Part shown: piece by piece, positions 1 to 13,100 of the stretch
How positions within the stretch are numbered: the stretch's first letter is position 1
Layout: each line of letters begins with the position of its first letter
DNA from: Paraglomus brasilianum
Lineage: Eukaryota
Assembly (NCBI GenBank): GCA_910592345.1
Contig: CAJVPI010000166.1
Location: 1-47,177, forward strand
Direction: 5' to 3'
DNA length: 47,177 nt
Notes under the pieces: model-generated
Databases searched by the model: none
Told to the model about the DNA's origin: nothing
Seen by the model: the letters and a program-made list of their open reading frames with translations, nothing else
Translations under genes and position numbers: made by a program

Positions 1-102
1 ATCCGATTTATTGAGAATAAATTAGTATACATTGAATTTATGAACTGGCCAATGATAAGCGACAACCTCCCAAAACCGATTGGAAAAGGCGAGGACAGCC
101 AC

Positions 103-127
103 ATCGGTTTTTCGAGGTTTGACTGTA
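103..127. mobile_element. Probable right terminus of a pogo/Tc1-mariner-type DNA transposon; the element extends off the left edge of the window
   Basis: ATCGGTTTTTCGAGGTTTGACTG followed by TA. Its reverse complement, TA|CAGTCAAACCTCG, resembles the CAGT-starting TIRs and TA target duplication of pogo/Tigger elements. No partner TIR seen in the window. Confidence 0.45.
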
Positions 128-492
128 TAGCGTGTATATAACGAACTCGATAGCATATATATACTCTGACTAGAAATGACAACATAATCGCATCCTAATT
201 ATCAAACCCGCGAGGCCAACCCGGTTGCATAACCTACCTCAGCTATTTTATTGCAACGGAAATCAGTTACTAATCATCAAAACCAGCATACAAGTAATGT
301 TATCGAATTTGGGTTATAATAAAAACTGCAGAAGGAGTAGACTAGGGCGTCATAACCTAAGTCGGATATTTCTATTCATTGGAAATCGATCAAAAACATT
401 AAGCTGATATACAAAAATTTATATAAGTGATTAAAACATTATCAATATCGAATTTGACTTTCTAAAGGGTATACAAGTTGTCTACCATCAAT

Positions 493-621
493 ATGTTATA
501 AAAATATATATCACAGCACCTTAGTCTGTGTCATAAAATTTGGATCATGACACCTTAGTCTGTGTTATAAAATTTGATTCACAACACTTTAGTATGTGTC
601 ATAAAAATTGGATCACGACAC
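493..621. repeat. 34-bp tandem minisatellite, about 3.5 copies
   Basis: Units start at 517 (caccttagtctgtgtcataaaatttggatcatga), 551 and 585, with a few substitutions each and a partial copy upstream. Confidence 0.9.
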
Positions 622-634
622 ATACATAACCTAG

Positions 635-674
635 ACTAAGTGGAAATAATATAATTATGTTATTTCCACTGAGT
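635..674. repeat. Near-perfect 40-bp palindrome
   Basis: actaagtggaaataatataattatgttatttccactgagt is self-complementary except for one G-T pair and one A/G mismatch. Confidence 0.85.
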
Positions 675-1911
675 GACATTCAAACAGATAGTTGACGGAC
701 AGAATGCCCAGTCGTTTGATTTTTATCAGGTAAATTCTTGTAAACAAAGTAAATTTCGCGTGTTTTAATTGATATTATTGTAACGAGCATATTTATTTAC
801 TCAAATAGTTGACTGAAGAATATCCGTCGATATTGACTCCAGATAATATTCGAGTTATTGGTATCACTCAAGAGCCGCTTACTGAAGATTATTTTTTAGT
901 ACTCTACAATGACGTACATGCACTATTGGACAGATTCATACGATTTTATGAAAGCTCATTAAACAATACTCGTTTAAAGTATATGTGGTACGTCGGCTTT
1001 GATGAAATTGAGGCGATTGGATCTGGTGCTTATGGAACAGTCTATACAAGTATTCAGAAGTATGGCGTGTACCAGAAATTGTTGTCCTCAAACGTTTCAA
1101 GTGCTTTGATCAGACGTTGGAATTATTTATCTCCGAGGTAAGGAATAATTGATAGTATTACTTGAAGTAATTATAATATTTAATTTAACAGTGTTTATTT
1201 TCATTTAATAGTTCAGAAATTATGCCAAGTACACAGAATGATCTCCTTCATTCCCCAAACTTTATGAAGTCACACAAGACCCAGAAACAAAAGAGTACGT
1301 ACTTGTTATGCGATATGTTAACAATGGTAATCTTTTGTCTTATTTGGATCAAAATATTAACAAATTGACGTGGGAGACAAAATTATGGCATTTGCGGGAT
1401 ATGCAAATCATATGTGGTATATTCATCAGGCGGGATTAGTGCATTGTAAACTTCATGGCGGAAACATAGTTTTGCATGATGAGAATGATGTGATTAAACT
1501 ATTCATATGCGATTTTGGTCTCTCACGGTCAGTGAATTCACGCGAGTCGAAATCAACGGTTCAAGTTGGATTACCCTTTATTGCACCGGAAGTCTTCCAT
1601 ACTTGCAAATTTACTCAGCAATCAGACATATATTCTTTTGGTATTATCATGCATTTGATTGCCACTGGTGAACCACCTTTTCGAAATAGAAGTTTAACGG
1701 GGATTTAATATGCGATATTTTGGGTGGGCTACGACCGCCGATGCCTGATTCGGCACCAGATAAATTCAAGAAACTTGCTCAGCGCTGTTGTGATGCTGAT
1801 CCTGTCAAGCGTCCAGATGCACTGACACTTTTGCTTGAATTAACTGACATTTTAATGGAAAAAGATTCTGACAATGATATATGGAATGCCGTTTATCGCA
1901 ATAATGAGTAG
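673..1911 (+). pseudogene. 5'-truncated TKL protein kinase pseudogene, paralog of the 16899 kinase
   Basis: Exon remnants: 673-729 (VTFKQIVDGQNAQSFDFYQ), 809-1137 (IGSGAYGTVY ... VVLKRFK), 1212-1911 (HCKLHGGNIV, DFG, FIAPE, SDIYSFG). Introns 730-808 and 1138-1211 sit at the same positions as in the 16899 gene. Lesions: frameshifts near 1047, 1400 and 1694, an in-frame TGA at 1239-1241, and catalytic Asp replaced by Lys. Confidence 0.9.
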
Positions 1912-2222
1912 CTTTTTCACAAAAACAATACTCGTAATATACAAGTTTTACCTGTAGACAATTCTCTTGAGAGGGACGATGCTATTTTCTTGGTATCAAG
2001 GTTGATAATTTGAACGTCCTCCTTGAGAGCTATTTTTTCTTCTCGGATTGAAGTGTTAGGGACACATCATCACCGATTGACGTGTATCTGCTGATCAGGC
2101 GTTTAATCGGTTGATTTCAATTTCGCGCAAATTTTTTGGCAATACAGCGAATATGCATTTGTTATCATTTCGATTGAGGAATTGAATAAAGGAGAAAGGT
2201 TGTTTATTTGAGATATTCAGCG

Positions 2223-2249
2223 AAAAAAAAAAAAAAAAAAAAAAAAAAA
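2223..2249 (+). repeat. 27-nt poly(A) tract
   Basis: A27 run; AATAAA at 2185-2190 lies about 33 nt upstream. Confidence 0.9.
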
Positions 2250-5200
2250 CTAATCTTCTCTGTAACAATTCATTACTTTCAATTGATTTTGTGTAATCAC
2301 ACAGAGTCATGTTAACTACCTCGAACGTCTTGTTACGGATGACAGATTATTTAAGGAATAAATACACGAGAATTGCACACTTTAAATTCTCGCCCCTTCA
2401 CAGTAATTAAAACAAAATAGAGTTAACATAATTGTATTGGCTTCTCTCCTATGACAATAGTTTTAGACATAATTCTACATAATTATTCAACACGTTGAAA
2501 CATTCGTAAATTTTTATTACGTAACACGGAACAAGCTTCACAGTCATGTGACTTTAAAGCAAAACACAATAAGAAAATAAATTCAAACCAATTACTGCGC
2601 TGAATTAGTATCAATAATTTGCGCCTACATTCAAAGGCTTAAATTATTGTTTACGAAGCTTACTTTCTACAGGTTTTAGGCATACAGTCTGCTTTTTATA
2701 TGGCAAATGTGTTTAATAAAACTTTCAAGCTTTATCTTAATGAACAAAGATTTCTGCTTTCCTTGTAAATGCTCGCTATATTAATATTTACTTTCGATTT
2801 AAGTTGTTTATGTTACACTGTATGCATTAAGGTTTTAAACTCGGGGCTGGTACAATATTTAAAAAATATTATTGTTTTCGGAGATTGATTTAGTTTAATC
2901 TAAATAGTTGGACTAATAATACTAATTGCTGGCAGTAAACGCTCTCTTAATTCATTTACAAGTACCAAACTACATTTAATATCCTATTGTGTGTAACCTT
3001 CCCCTTTTGCGCAACAGCCTGTAACGAATACCGAGAACAATTAACATATTTAGTCGCTCGCTTTACAAAGAGAAAAATTTGTAAGCATTTCGATACTGGT
3101 ATGAATAAGTGGAACAGGAAAACTAATGGGCATGATCCAAACTTTTTATTCCCCACCCCAATGCAATGCAGTCTTGGCTATTTAGAATACGTACGCTGTT
3201 TCAAATCGCAATAAGTAGATAATCTATTGAAAAGTTATTCGTGCATACCTACGATCATTTCTATATTTGTATGTACCAATTAGATTTAACCGTTAACCGT
3301 CGAATAGTCTCATTTAACTTTCGATTATAGTAATAACCGTTCCGTTTCATGTCTGTCTTTCTATTTATAAAATACTGCAGAAGTTTACAAGTACAGCGGC
3401 TTACGTATTTGCAGCAGAAATCGAGACGTAAAACTATTTATGTCACATGACATAAATCTGAACAGATTGGTATACTGTACGTATTATATCTCTACGCATG
3501 ACTCATCTTCATACGCGATTATTGCATGCTTAATTCCCTCGCTGTCAAATAATCAATGCACTATCTACGGATGCGGAGGTGATTAGAATATACATATTTT
3601 GACAACATGGTATGGTTCTCCATTTAAACTCTGTCTGAAAGCGTTGATCAAATATGATATTTCTAATAGTATGAATATTTTTCTACACAGCCAGCACAAT
3701 TACAATAATTGCCTTGTATATAATTGTGTGGCTTGTGCGAAAAGCTTAATCAGAGTTTAGTCCAGTTGCAAGCATTGATAATCTGAAAAAAGAAAGTTAT
3801 AGAGTTACCGTTCTAACAACTTGGTTACCAAATATAGCTGATTATTGGGTATTTTGTATAGGAAGAAGGATCTACGTCTGAAAACCAACATTTTGTTATC
3901 GTAATATAATAGGCCGTCTGTATATTAAATCGGATGCTATCTCAGATTTATCGGCATTTACAGCGATAATAAGTTTGGTATTAACATGCCTACTTTTATA
4001 ATGCCCTGCGTGCCATAAGAATATTAGCAACATTATTAAAAATTATTAGATCTTATTTACCATTGGTGCACTATGATAAACTATCTTCTACTTTACTGAA
4101 CTGCGGTGGTGCTCTAATTCTTTCTGTACATTACGGATAAAGTTTTCTACAAAAAAAAAAAGCTAATATGCTAAATAATGTTATCATGACACTGCGCACT
4201 ACATAACGCAGCGGTTATTGTATCCATGATGCTGTCTGCTGACGTTTATTAATTGCGGGATTGCCGCGCTCAAATTAGGTAAGATTTGGATTATGTCATA
4301 ATATGGGCATATCCTCGCGATTGGCATCTTCCGAATGCACGGACAGGTCAGACAATAATGGATAACAACGGAAGTGAGTTAACCATTCGGTGTGCCAAAT
4401 CTTTATTGAATTGGTGTGTAAAAATGCGTAAATATAAAGTACTCGAATCGTATAGACGTTCTGGTGGTGCATTAAGTCTGTGGTAAACATAATTAATAAA
4501 GTGTCAAGTCTACAAAATTTAAACCGTACTGTTCACCCAACTCTTGTATATGCAGGGTATTATTGTACAATCACCCGGGGAGTTGAAAATACTATGAAAT
4601 AATCGTATCGTTCTATCACATACTTTTGTTTGTTTGTTCGTCCTTTATTGCGTTATCATATCAATTTCCAGAATTTTTAATACAAACTTATTCAATCTAT
4701 CTAATCATTTACAATCATTGTTATCGGTTAAATCGCAATAAAGCAGGATCTTCGTAGTATTTTTTTATTAGCAATTATGTATGTTTTTAAACCCTGGCTG
4801 TCACCTTAACCCGTATCATACATTGATTATCATATCTGACATTGAGCAGATTACCTTGAGTAGAAATATCGATACAAAGTGTAACCAGAATCGAGTAAAC
4901 ATAATGTAAACATACGAAATTTCCTAATTTCCTACAGCTTATTCGACCAATACTATTCGTGTATCTATTTGTTGTCTTCCCATCACCAATTAAGCACAAG
5001 AACAAATAGATAAGCATCGTGTACACATCGTATATTATGTTCAAGTGATCACGCCAACACATGTCTAGTTGTATGTGCAACTTTTAGAAACCACTCTTGG
5101 ACAGTTCAAGATACAAATACATAAACAAGCCCCTACACTTATGACCATGCATTTTGCACTGTCTCCCACTTGTTATGATCATATTAAAAGGTATAAATAT

Positions 5201-7170
5201 GGTTATCGGTTTAATTGCGTTACATGTGATTGAATACGTAATAACTTGCGTAGCGTTAATCAATAATTGATTGGTGGATCATTTTTACACAGCGAAAAAT
5301 GCATATAGTCTAACATGACTGTCATAACGAGGGTTGACTGTTGGGAGATGAATATTACAGACGCCAAGACATGGTTTATTTTACACTTTTGCCTTACGAA
5401 CTAATGCGTAATGGTTAATTAAACTCATTCCGTAATTGACAATAATGGTGAGAGCATGGTTAATAATTGATCTCCAAAGCTCAAATGTCATTGGCATGTA
5501 TATATACTTACTGCGAGAGTTAGATTGAGTGGGAATACAAATCTGATTAAACTACTCTCATTGAATAAAAATGGTATTGTATGCGTCACAGATTGCATCC
5601 ACATGGGTTGTCTCATTAACTGTAATATACGAGCATTTAACTTGAGCCGGTTTTTCTAGTTGCCATATTTCGATGTAGGATTTGTTTGTGACTAGTCTCT
5701 AATTATTGATAGACTCGGTTCGGACGACAATGTTTCCAATCCATGCATAAAGTTGCTTGTTGCATTGAGAGACCGACTCTAATAGATATGCTTAAAAAAT
5801 AAGGAACAAAGGGTCAGTAAATGCACAAATGTTAGCGATTATACGAAACGTTGTATGATCAATCTTGCATTTATTCTTACTGTTCATTCTTACTACTTGC
5901 TCTCTTTATGCCTGCAACGTTCCATCTGTCCAAGTACAAATATAGCGTGGAGCAATCAAGCATGAGAACCAGGACCCTATTATGAAATTTAAGTTTGAAA
6001 CTTGTAAAGATGCAATGATAGTTATTGACTTATTAATCGTAAATATATTTATAATATTAATAAGTATGTACACATGGTACAACGACTATTTTAAACAACA
6101 TTCTTACTTGTACTTTATTGGTGTACGCAGTTTACACCGATGGGCCGGGTTGCATTACAGTAGGACGTATAAATAATAGATGTATGTATTAGTATTGGTA
6201 TAGTATATAATTTATGTACTATATGATTGTAACTGCTATTGCACTATAGCATTGGCATTGCTAACACTCATACTAATTATTCCCAATTAAATCGACTCCT
6301 CGTAACTTAATCCCATGTATTACTACATATTTAATTTTAACCTTCTTTTTGCTGTCATCCATTTTTACTCGTTTTTTCTCTTTCCGGCCGGGTTGGCTAA
6401 TCCCCTCCTCTCTCCCCCCGCAATTACTCTTTTCTTCATTGGCTGGTAACACGAGCTTTTGGTTTGTGCCCAAAATTAAAATTTCACCGTCACATTCACC
6501 AATTGCATGCTGGACAAGCATGTCTTAATAAACCAACTAAAGTAACAAAACGTACATTTAAAGTAGGAAATATATGCCAATATATTTTATTTCAAATAGG
6601 TATTACCAAACTTGCACTCATGCATTCCCTCCTTTTTCCGTTGCTCATATGTCACAGAAAATAAATCAATATAATCCTACCATATTCGATTACCACGATA
6701 ATTTCTCTCTTTTCTCTCTTTATTTAATTAATAAATTCTTGTTCATATTGCCCGTTTCTTTCCCTTCAACGCTAATCTCATCGCTCTGCTCACTCAGGGA
6801 AAGTTCCATAACGACCCGCACGACCACAAAACAAAACACACACTTACTAATTTATACACACACTTGAACCCTTCCTTTGACCAGGAGGTTTACAAAGAGC
6901 AATCTACAATATTCACTCTGAGAAGAAAAAAAAAGCTGGAAATAATCAAAAACGAAAAAAAGTATAGCTCGTCGTTTAGAAGTATTAAAAAAAAGGAGAA
7001 TTAATAGAGAACCGCAAACAACCTCTACAATTGACAAAGATATTAACATCATCGTACGTTCAGCAACCTTTTCCTCCCTTCCCCCACTTGTATACATACA
7101 TAACAACAAATCAAATTTATAGCAAAAACGCATTGTAATATCCTATTCTACTAGATTATATATATAAAAC

Positions 7171-10100
7171 ATGGCCACTGCCGGTTCGGGCTCAGAAAAG
7201 ACTTCTGTGCAAGTCGGTAAGTGAACAAATACTGACATACAAAGACAGCAGACACATTTGTGTGTGTGTGTGCAATGAATAAAAGGAGATTGAGATGCTA
7301 ATGTCTCTCTGGTCAACCAAAACTTTCCTGATTTCATTGACACACATATTTACCGCTGAACACTATATTTCTATCAATTCGGCCAAGTTTGCTAATTTTC
7401 TCTTTTTCTTTTGTTTCCTAATCTTACTCAGCTCTACGTATACGCCCGTTGACTGCTCAAGACCTTGTCACTCTGCCAAGTCGCTTTCAACGTAATGTTG
7501 TACATACATCGTCGTTTTCACCTAATCAAGTCACAGTCCAAGGCGAAAAGAGACAAACCTTTAATTTCGACTGTGTCTTTGGACCCGACTCTACGCAAAA
7601 GGAGGTTTATGACAAGATTGGAGTAGAATTGGTTGATAAGTTTCTAGAAGGTGAGTTCTTGTTTGGTATGATATTTTACGTAATGTGTCCGTTCGTGTCA
7701 CATTTAACACCCCGCACGCTACGTAATGATCTGCATTAATTTTATATTATCGGAAAATACGATATACAGCTTGCTGTATGTAGAAATATGGGCACTTTAT
7801 TAAATTCTCTCCACCTTCCCTTCAAAACATTCAGGATACAATGTGACTATTCTAGCCTATGGCCAAACTTCTTCTGGAAAGACTTTCACAATGGGTACTG
7901 CTGACTCGCCCTCACAATCAAGCGACTCTCAGGGTATTATCCCTCGTGCAATGAACACCCTCTTCGGTTATATAAATTCCGCGCAATTCAGATCTCGCAA
8001 ATTTCAAATGAAAGTCTCGTTTATCGAGATTTATAACGAAGAGTTGATAGATCTGCTTGCAGAAGGAGATGAAGACAGCAGACCACAAGTAGTCATCAGA
8101 GAGGACTCGAAAGGAAACATTTTGTATTCGGGAGTGAACGAGATTCGAGTTAACAGTGTTGAGGAGGTCATGGGGTAAGCATCAAGACAATAAGAGAATA
8201 AAAAACAGAAATTGCGTTGAAGCGGGTAAAAAGATATAGTATGATCTATATACTATCAACATTGACTTTTTCTCCCATACTGACCAACATTCTATTTAAA
8301 GTCATCTAGCCCGTGGCTCACTAGTTCGCCAAACTGGTGCAACAGACATGAATGCTCAATCCTCTCGTTCGCATGCGTTATTTTCCATCACACTTTCTCA
8401 ACAAAAGTTAATCTCCGTAACATCTCCGCAGTCAGCGACTCGCCCATCGACACCAACAAGAATATCATCGAGAGCAGGCTCGAGAATGAGCAAGAAGTTT
8501 GATGATGGTGATTGGGTTCAGGTTACGAGTAAATTTCATTTCGTCGATTTGGCTGGAAGTGAACGGGTAAGTTTAAGATAATTATAATAGGTTAGACATA
8601 AAAGTTAGTGTCAGGTAATGAATGCGTTTAGATAGGCTCGATCTGGGAACACGGGGTTACAAATTTAATCAATTTTGAAGACGGAAGCATCTTCTGATTA
8701 CAGACGGTTACATAGCACTACCTTCCTATCTCGTGCAACGTTTCTTCTGCATGTGGAGATATTGGATTGACGACTTGCATGCATAAATATATAACTCGTC
8801 AAATATAACTCGTAAAATATAACTCGTAATATATGCACTAACTTTTGTTCTAATTTTCTTTTACTCTCGCTGATTGCTCTATCGGCTTTACACACGATTT
8901 GTTCACTATTCCGTAATGACTTTCTCCGCGATCGACAATTGGATCACTCTGCATTAGTTAAAACGCACATCAGCAGTAGGCGATCGTGTGAAAGAAGGTA
9001 TCTCTATCAACTCTGGTCTCCTTGCTCTTGGAAATGTCATCTCAGCCCTTGGTGATCCCAACAAAGCGAGACATACCACTCATATCCCATATCGGGATTC
9101 TAAACTCACTCGACTTTTGCAAGACTCTCTTGGTGGCAATGCTCAAACTCTCATGATTGCCTGTGTCTCCCCAGCAGAATACAATATCGCTGAAACGGTA
9201 AACACATTAAAATATGCTAATCGAGCACGAAACATCAAGAACAATGCCGTAGTCAACCAGGAAGAATCCGGATGGAATGATGTTGACCATCTTCAGGGAT
9301 TGGTGTTGAAGTTGAGAGAACAGATTAGGATGTTAAAGACTAGCACTGGGTTTGATAGCGGAAGAAGTACTCCAACATTGACGAATGGATGTGATTCACC
9401 ACAGCACTATAGAAGATCGTCGACGCCTTTGAGTTTTGTTACTAACGGTGATAAAATGAAAAAAGATTCTGATATCGAAGCGTTAGAAGAGGAGCTCTCT
9501 AATTTACGGCTTTCGTATCAAGAGCTAACGCGGAAACACGCAAAGGTGGCTGCAGAGCTTGCCAAACATCAAGATAACGCTGATTATGCCGAAAGTACTA
9601 CTCCTTCTCCGCCGGGAAATAGCCAGCCAAGTTCACCAAAACATCTCAGCTCTATAAAAGAAGAAGACGAGGCAAGACTTGTCGGTCGTCAGACATCAGA
9701 CTCGTTCCAACAAGCAGTAGAACCTGTAATTGAAGAATACGAAAAGTCAATTTCTGCTCTCGAGTCTCAGCTCTCCCTTGCTCGTGCCGAATTGAATCAT
9801 TCCGAAACGAGCGCAAGTGAGAAAGAAACTAAATTACGCGAGGCTGAACAGATGATCGAAGAAAACGACACTGTTATCAACACTCTACGAAACAAGGTTG
9901 CCAAATTAGGCGAAAGGGAGCAGACTAATGAAATGTACATTAAAGATCTTGAACGTAAATTGGAATCTCATGCAGATGACCAAAAGAAAGATCAGAATAC
10001 AATCACGGAATTACGCGCAAAGATTCAGCAATTAAAGACTACTAGCGCAAACAGCGAGAGTTACATAAACGACTTGGAGTTTAAATTGTCGAGAAGCGAA

Positions 10101-13100
10101 GACGCTAAAAAGAAATTTGCGCAAACCATCGAGAGGTTGGAAAAGAGATTACAACAAAGAGAAGTTGATATCCAAAAGTTGGAAGAGAAACTCAAGGCCG
10201 CAGAATCTCAGAATGAGGATATTGTAAAAATAAGCAATCGTGATAAGCGCATCGCTCAGCTAGAAAGCCAAGTAGAAGAACTCATAAGCAAACTCGACAA
10301 ATTCCGCAACGGTACCAACTCAACGTCTACGTCATCCAACGCGACGACTGAGGAAGCAGTTTCGGTTGCTGCCAAACTCGCCGCTCTTCAGGAAACGCAC
10401 CAAGTAACTATCACTGAATTTACAGACCTCAAAGCCAAGTACGCAGCATGTATAGATGAAATTAATGAACTGATTAGTCAACTCCATGAAGCAAAACTTG
10501 TACGTATCGAAATGACCGACGCTACTGCACCAAACAGTCCCGCTCTGATAACTCCTCGAAGTGCTCCTCCGTCTTTTGGCGACAATGATTTGCTTTCGGC
10601 AACCAGTCGTATAGCATTACGTAAAGCGAGATCTCTATCTGCTGAAATACAAGGCGCCGCCGACAGACGTGATGCGACCGCTGAAGCCATAGTTCAGAAA
10701 CTCCAAATCGAACTCAAGCAACTTGAATCCCTACATGACGATAAAGCGCAAGGATTGGAGGCCGTAAGGCAAGAGTTTGCAAGATTGGAAATGAGCCATC
10801 GTGAAGCAATAGAAATTGTCGAAGAACTCCGCGAAGAAATTAAACACCGTGACGCTTTGGCCCGGATGCAAGTTATGTCTGTCATGAATACCGAGCATGG
10901 CAACTATAGGACAAATTCTACGACTGCTAGCGAAGTTGATCAATTGGAAATTGTTCAGAGACTTCGCGAGGAAGTTGAACAGCTCAAGGAAGAACAGAGA
11001 AAAACCATGGAAGTAATGTCAGAAAAGAAGGATCACAAACACGATGTAGTAACCAAGCTAGAGAATGAGATAAAATCTCTAAAGTCGGAATTAAAACGTG
11101 CCATCGAAGAAAAAGACGCAGCATTGAATGGAAAGAATGACAATGAGCGAGTAGCTGAATTACAGTCCAAGATGAATGTTCTCGAAGAAGAGTTGGAAAA
11201 AGCTCATGCCGTGGAACGCGAGGAAAACATTGCCGCTGCTACTGCTCGACTTGAGGGTTCTAAAACTCCAGACGATGACAAGCAAGAGAGCGAAATGGTT
11301 GCACTTCGTGAGCAGATGGAGAAATTGCAGACTGAGATCGAAGCCAAGAGTCACACTATTGCTGCATTGTTGATGCCTGCATTTGATAGTCAACACGTTA
11401 TCCGTAGATTGGAAGACGAGTTGCAACAAGTTAAAGAAGCTCAGCGCCAACTATTGGATAGCAGGAACAAGAGTAATGCGTCTGACGAAAAAGTTGAAGG
11501 CGACTCTGTCAAGGTCGAAGCCGAAAGCACTGAAGCCGAAATCGCTGAAGCCGAAATCGCTGAAGCCGAAATCGCTGAAGCCGAAATCACGGAAGCCGAA
11601 ATCACTGAAGCCGAAAGCACTGACACCGAAAAGATTCAAGATTCCGCAGATTCTGGTACCTCGCCTGATGACAACAATGACGTAATGAAAGTTCTCGAAG
11701 CTAAAGCTAAAGAACTCTCAACACAACTTGCAAAAGCCAAGGAAGCTCAACACAGCCTTACTCCACGCAACTCTCAATTTTCCATAGCCGATCCGACGCA
11801 AAAATCTTTTGATACTTTGCAAGAGAAACTTGTCACTTTACAAACTCAGATTACTTCACAGGCTGTTCAGGATGAGTCGATGAAACCTATTGCCGACATG
11901 GTTACTGTATTACAAGGCCACTTGAACACCTTGAGAGTTGATATTAAGAGAAAGTATGACTTGATTGAAATCTTAAAGAGAGACTTACTAGATAAGGGAC
12001 TCTTACAACAGAAACTGAGAGAGAAGGAAGAAGAGGCCACTGCGATCAAGACTAAATTGGAAGATGCTCAAAATGCCGAAGAAGAAGTCATGACTGAAAT
12101 GACATCCTTCATGGAAGAACTAAAGGCTGCCCGTGATAATGCACTCGCCGAACTGTCCACAGTCAAATCTGGATTTTCAGAACAGAAGCAACTCGTAGTC
12201 AAACTCGAAAATGAACTCAAATCCGTCCGCGAAGAACTCGTCGTCGCCAAGTCCAGTTCCGAAGAACTCGAAAAACTTTTACAAGAAACCATCAGTCAAC
12301 GAAACGAATCAGAAAAACGAGTAAAGCGTCTCGAAATAGACGTCGAATCTTTCAAAGTTGGTGGCGGTACTGATGTAGATGCAGTCAGGGATCAACTGAT
12401 TAGTGCTAGACATCAGGTGGAAGACCAAAACGAATTAGTGCTTGAGCTTGAAGCTCAAATAGCCACCATCGAGGGACAAAGAGATGAGAGTTTGCAACGT
12501 ATTTCTGAACTTGAGAGGACGCTAAATGAGAAACAAACTCTACACGAAGAAGCAGTTGGATTGTTGGAATCTGTTCTAGTTGATTTGAAGAATGAACTCG
12601 ATGAGATTAAAAAAATCAAACAAACTTGAACAAGACACTGTTACCGCGCTCGAAGGCAATCTCACTACCGTTCAGTCTCAACTTGAAGCCGCTCGAAATA
12701 GTGAAGAAAAGAAAAATAAAGTCGTATCTGATTTAGAAAGCAAGCTTGGTGTAGTCCTTAACGCTCTTAAAGACAAAGAACAAGTTCTCGCTGCGAGGTC
12801 TGCCGTCATAAGCGATCTCGGAACGGCAGTATCTCAAACGCGCGTAGAGCTACAACAGGCCAAGTCTGCAAGTATTTCCGATCTCAAGGATAAACTGACT
12901 GAGGCAGAAACTAAACTCACGTCCAAGGAAATCACAATAGCCGATCTTGAAGCTGCTGCTTCCAAAACACAAGAAGAACTCGAGAAATTACGTTCCACGG
13001 ATGCAAAACAGGGTGAATTAATCAAGTCTCTCGAAGGAAGACTTGCTACCGCTGAATCTGCTCGCGATGACGAAATAGCAAAACTAAAAGCAGCCCAGAA

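Noticed and set aside
493..621. CRISPR-like array (34-bp period)
   Set aside because: Units are head-to-tail with no unique spacers, no cas genes are present and the context is eukaryotic; it is a minisatellite.
631..674. Canonical Helitron 3' end (hairpin + CTAG on the minus strand)
   Set aside because: The hairpin is AT-rich and directly abuts CTAG, and the next base is not T. Kept only as an unspecified element end.
5321..5341. Second pogo-like TIR (cataacgagggttgactg)
   Set aside because: Not followed by TA, and no partner TIR or transposase was found.
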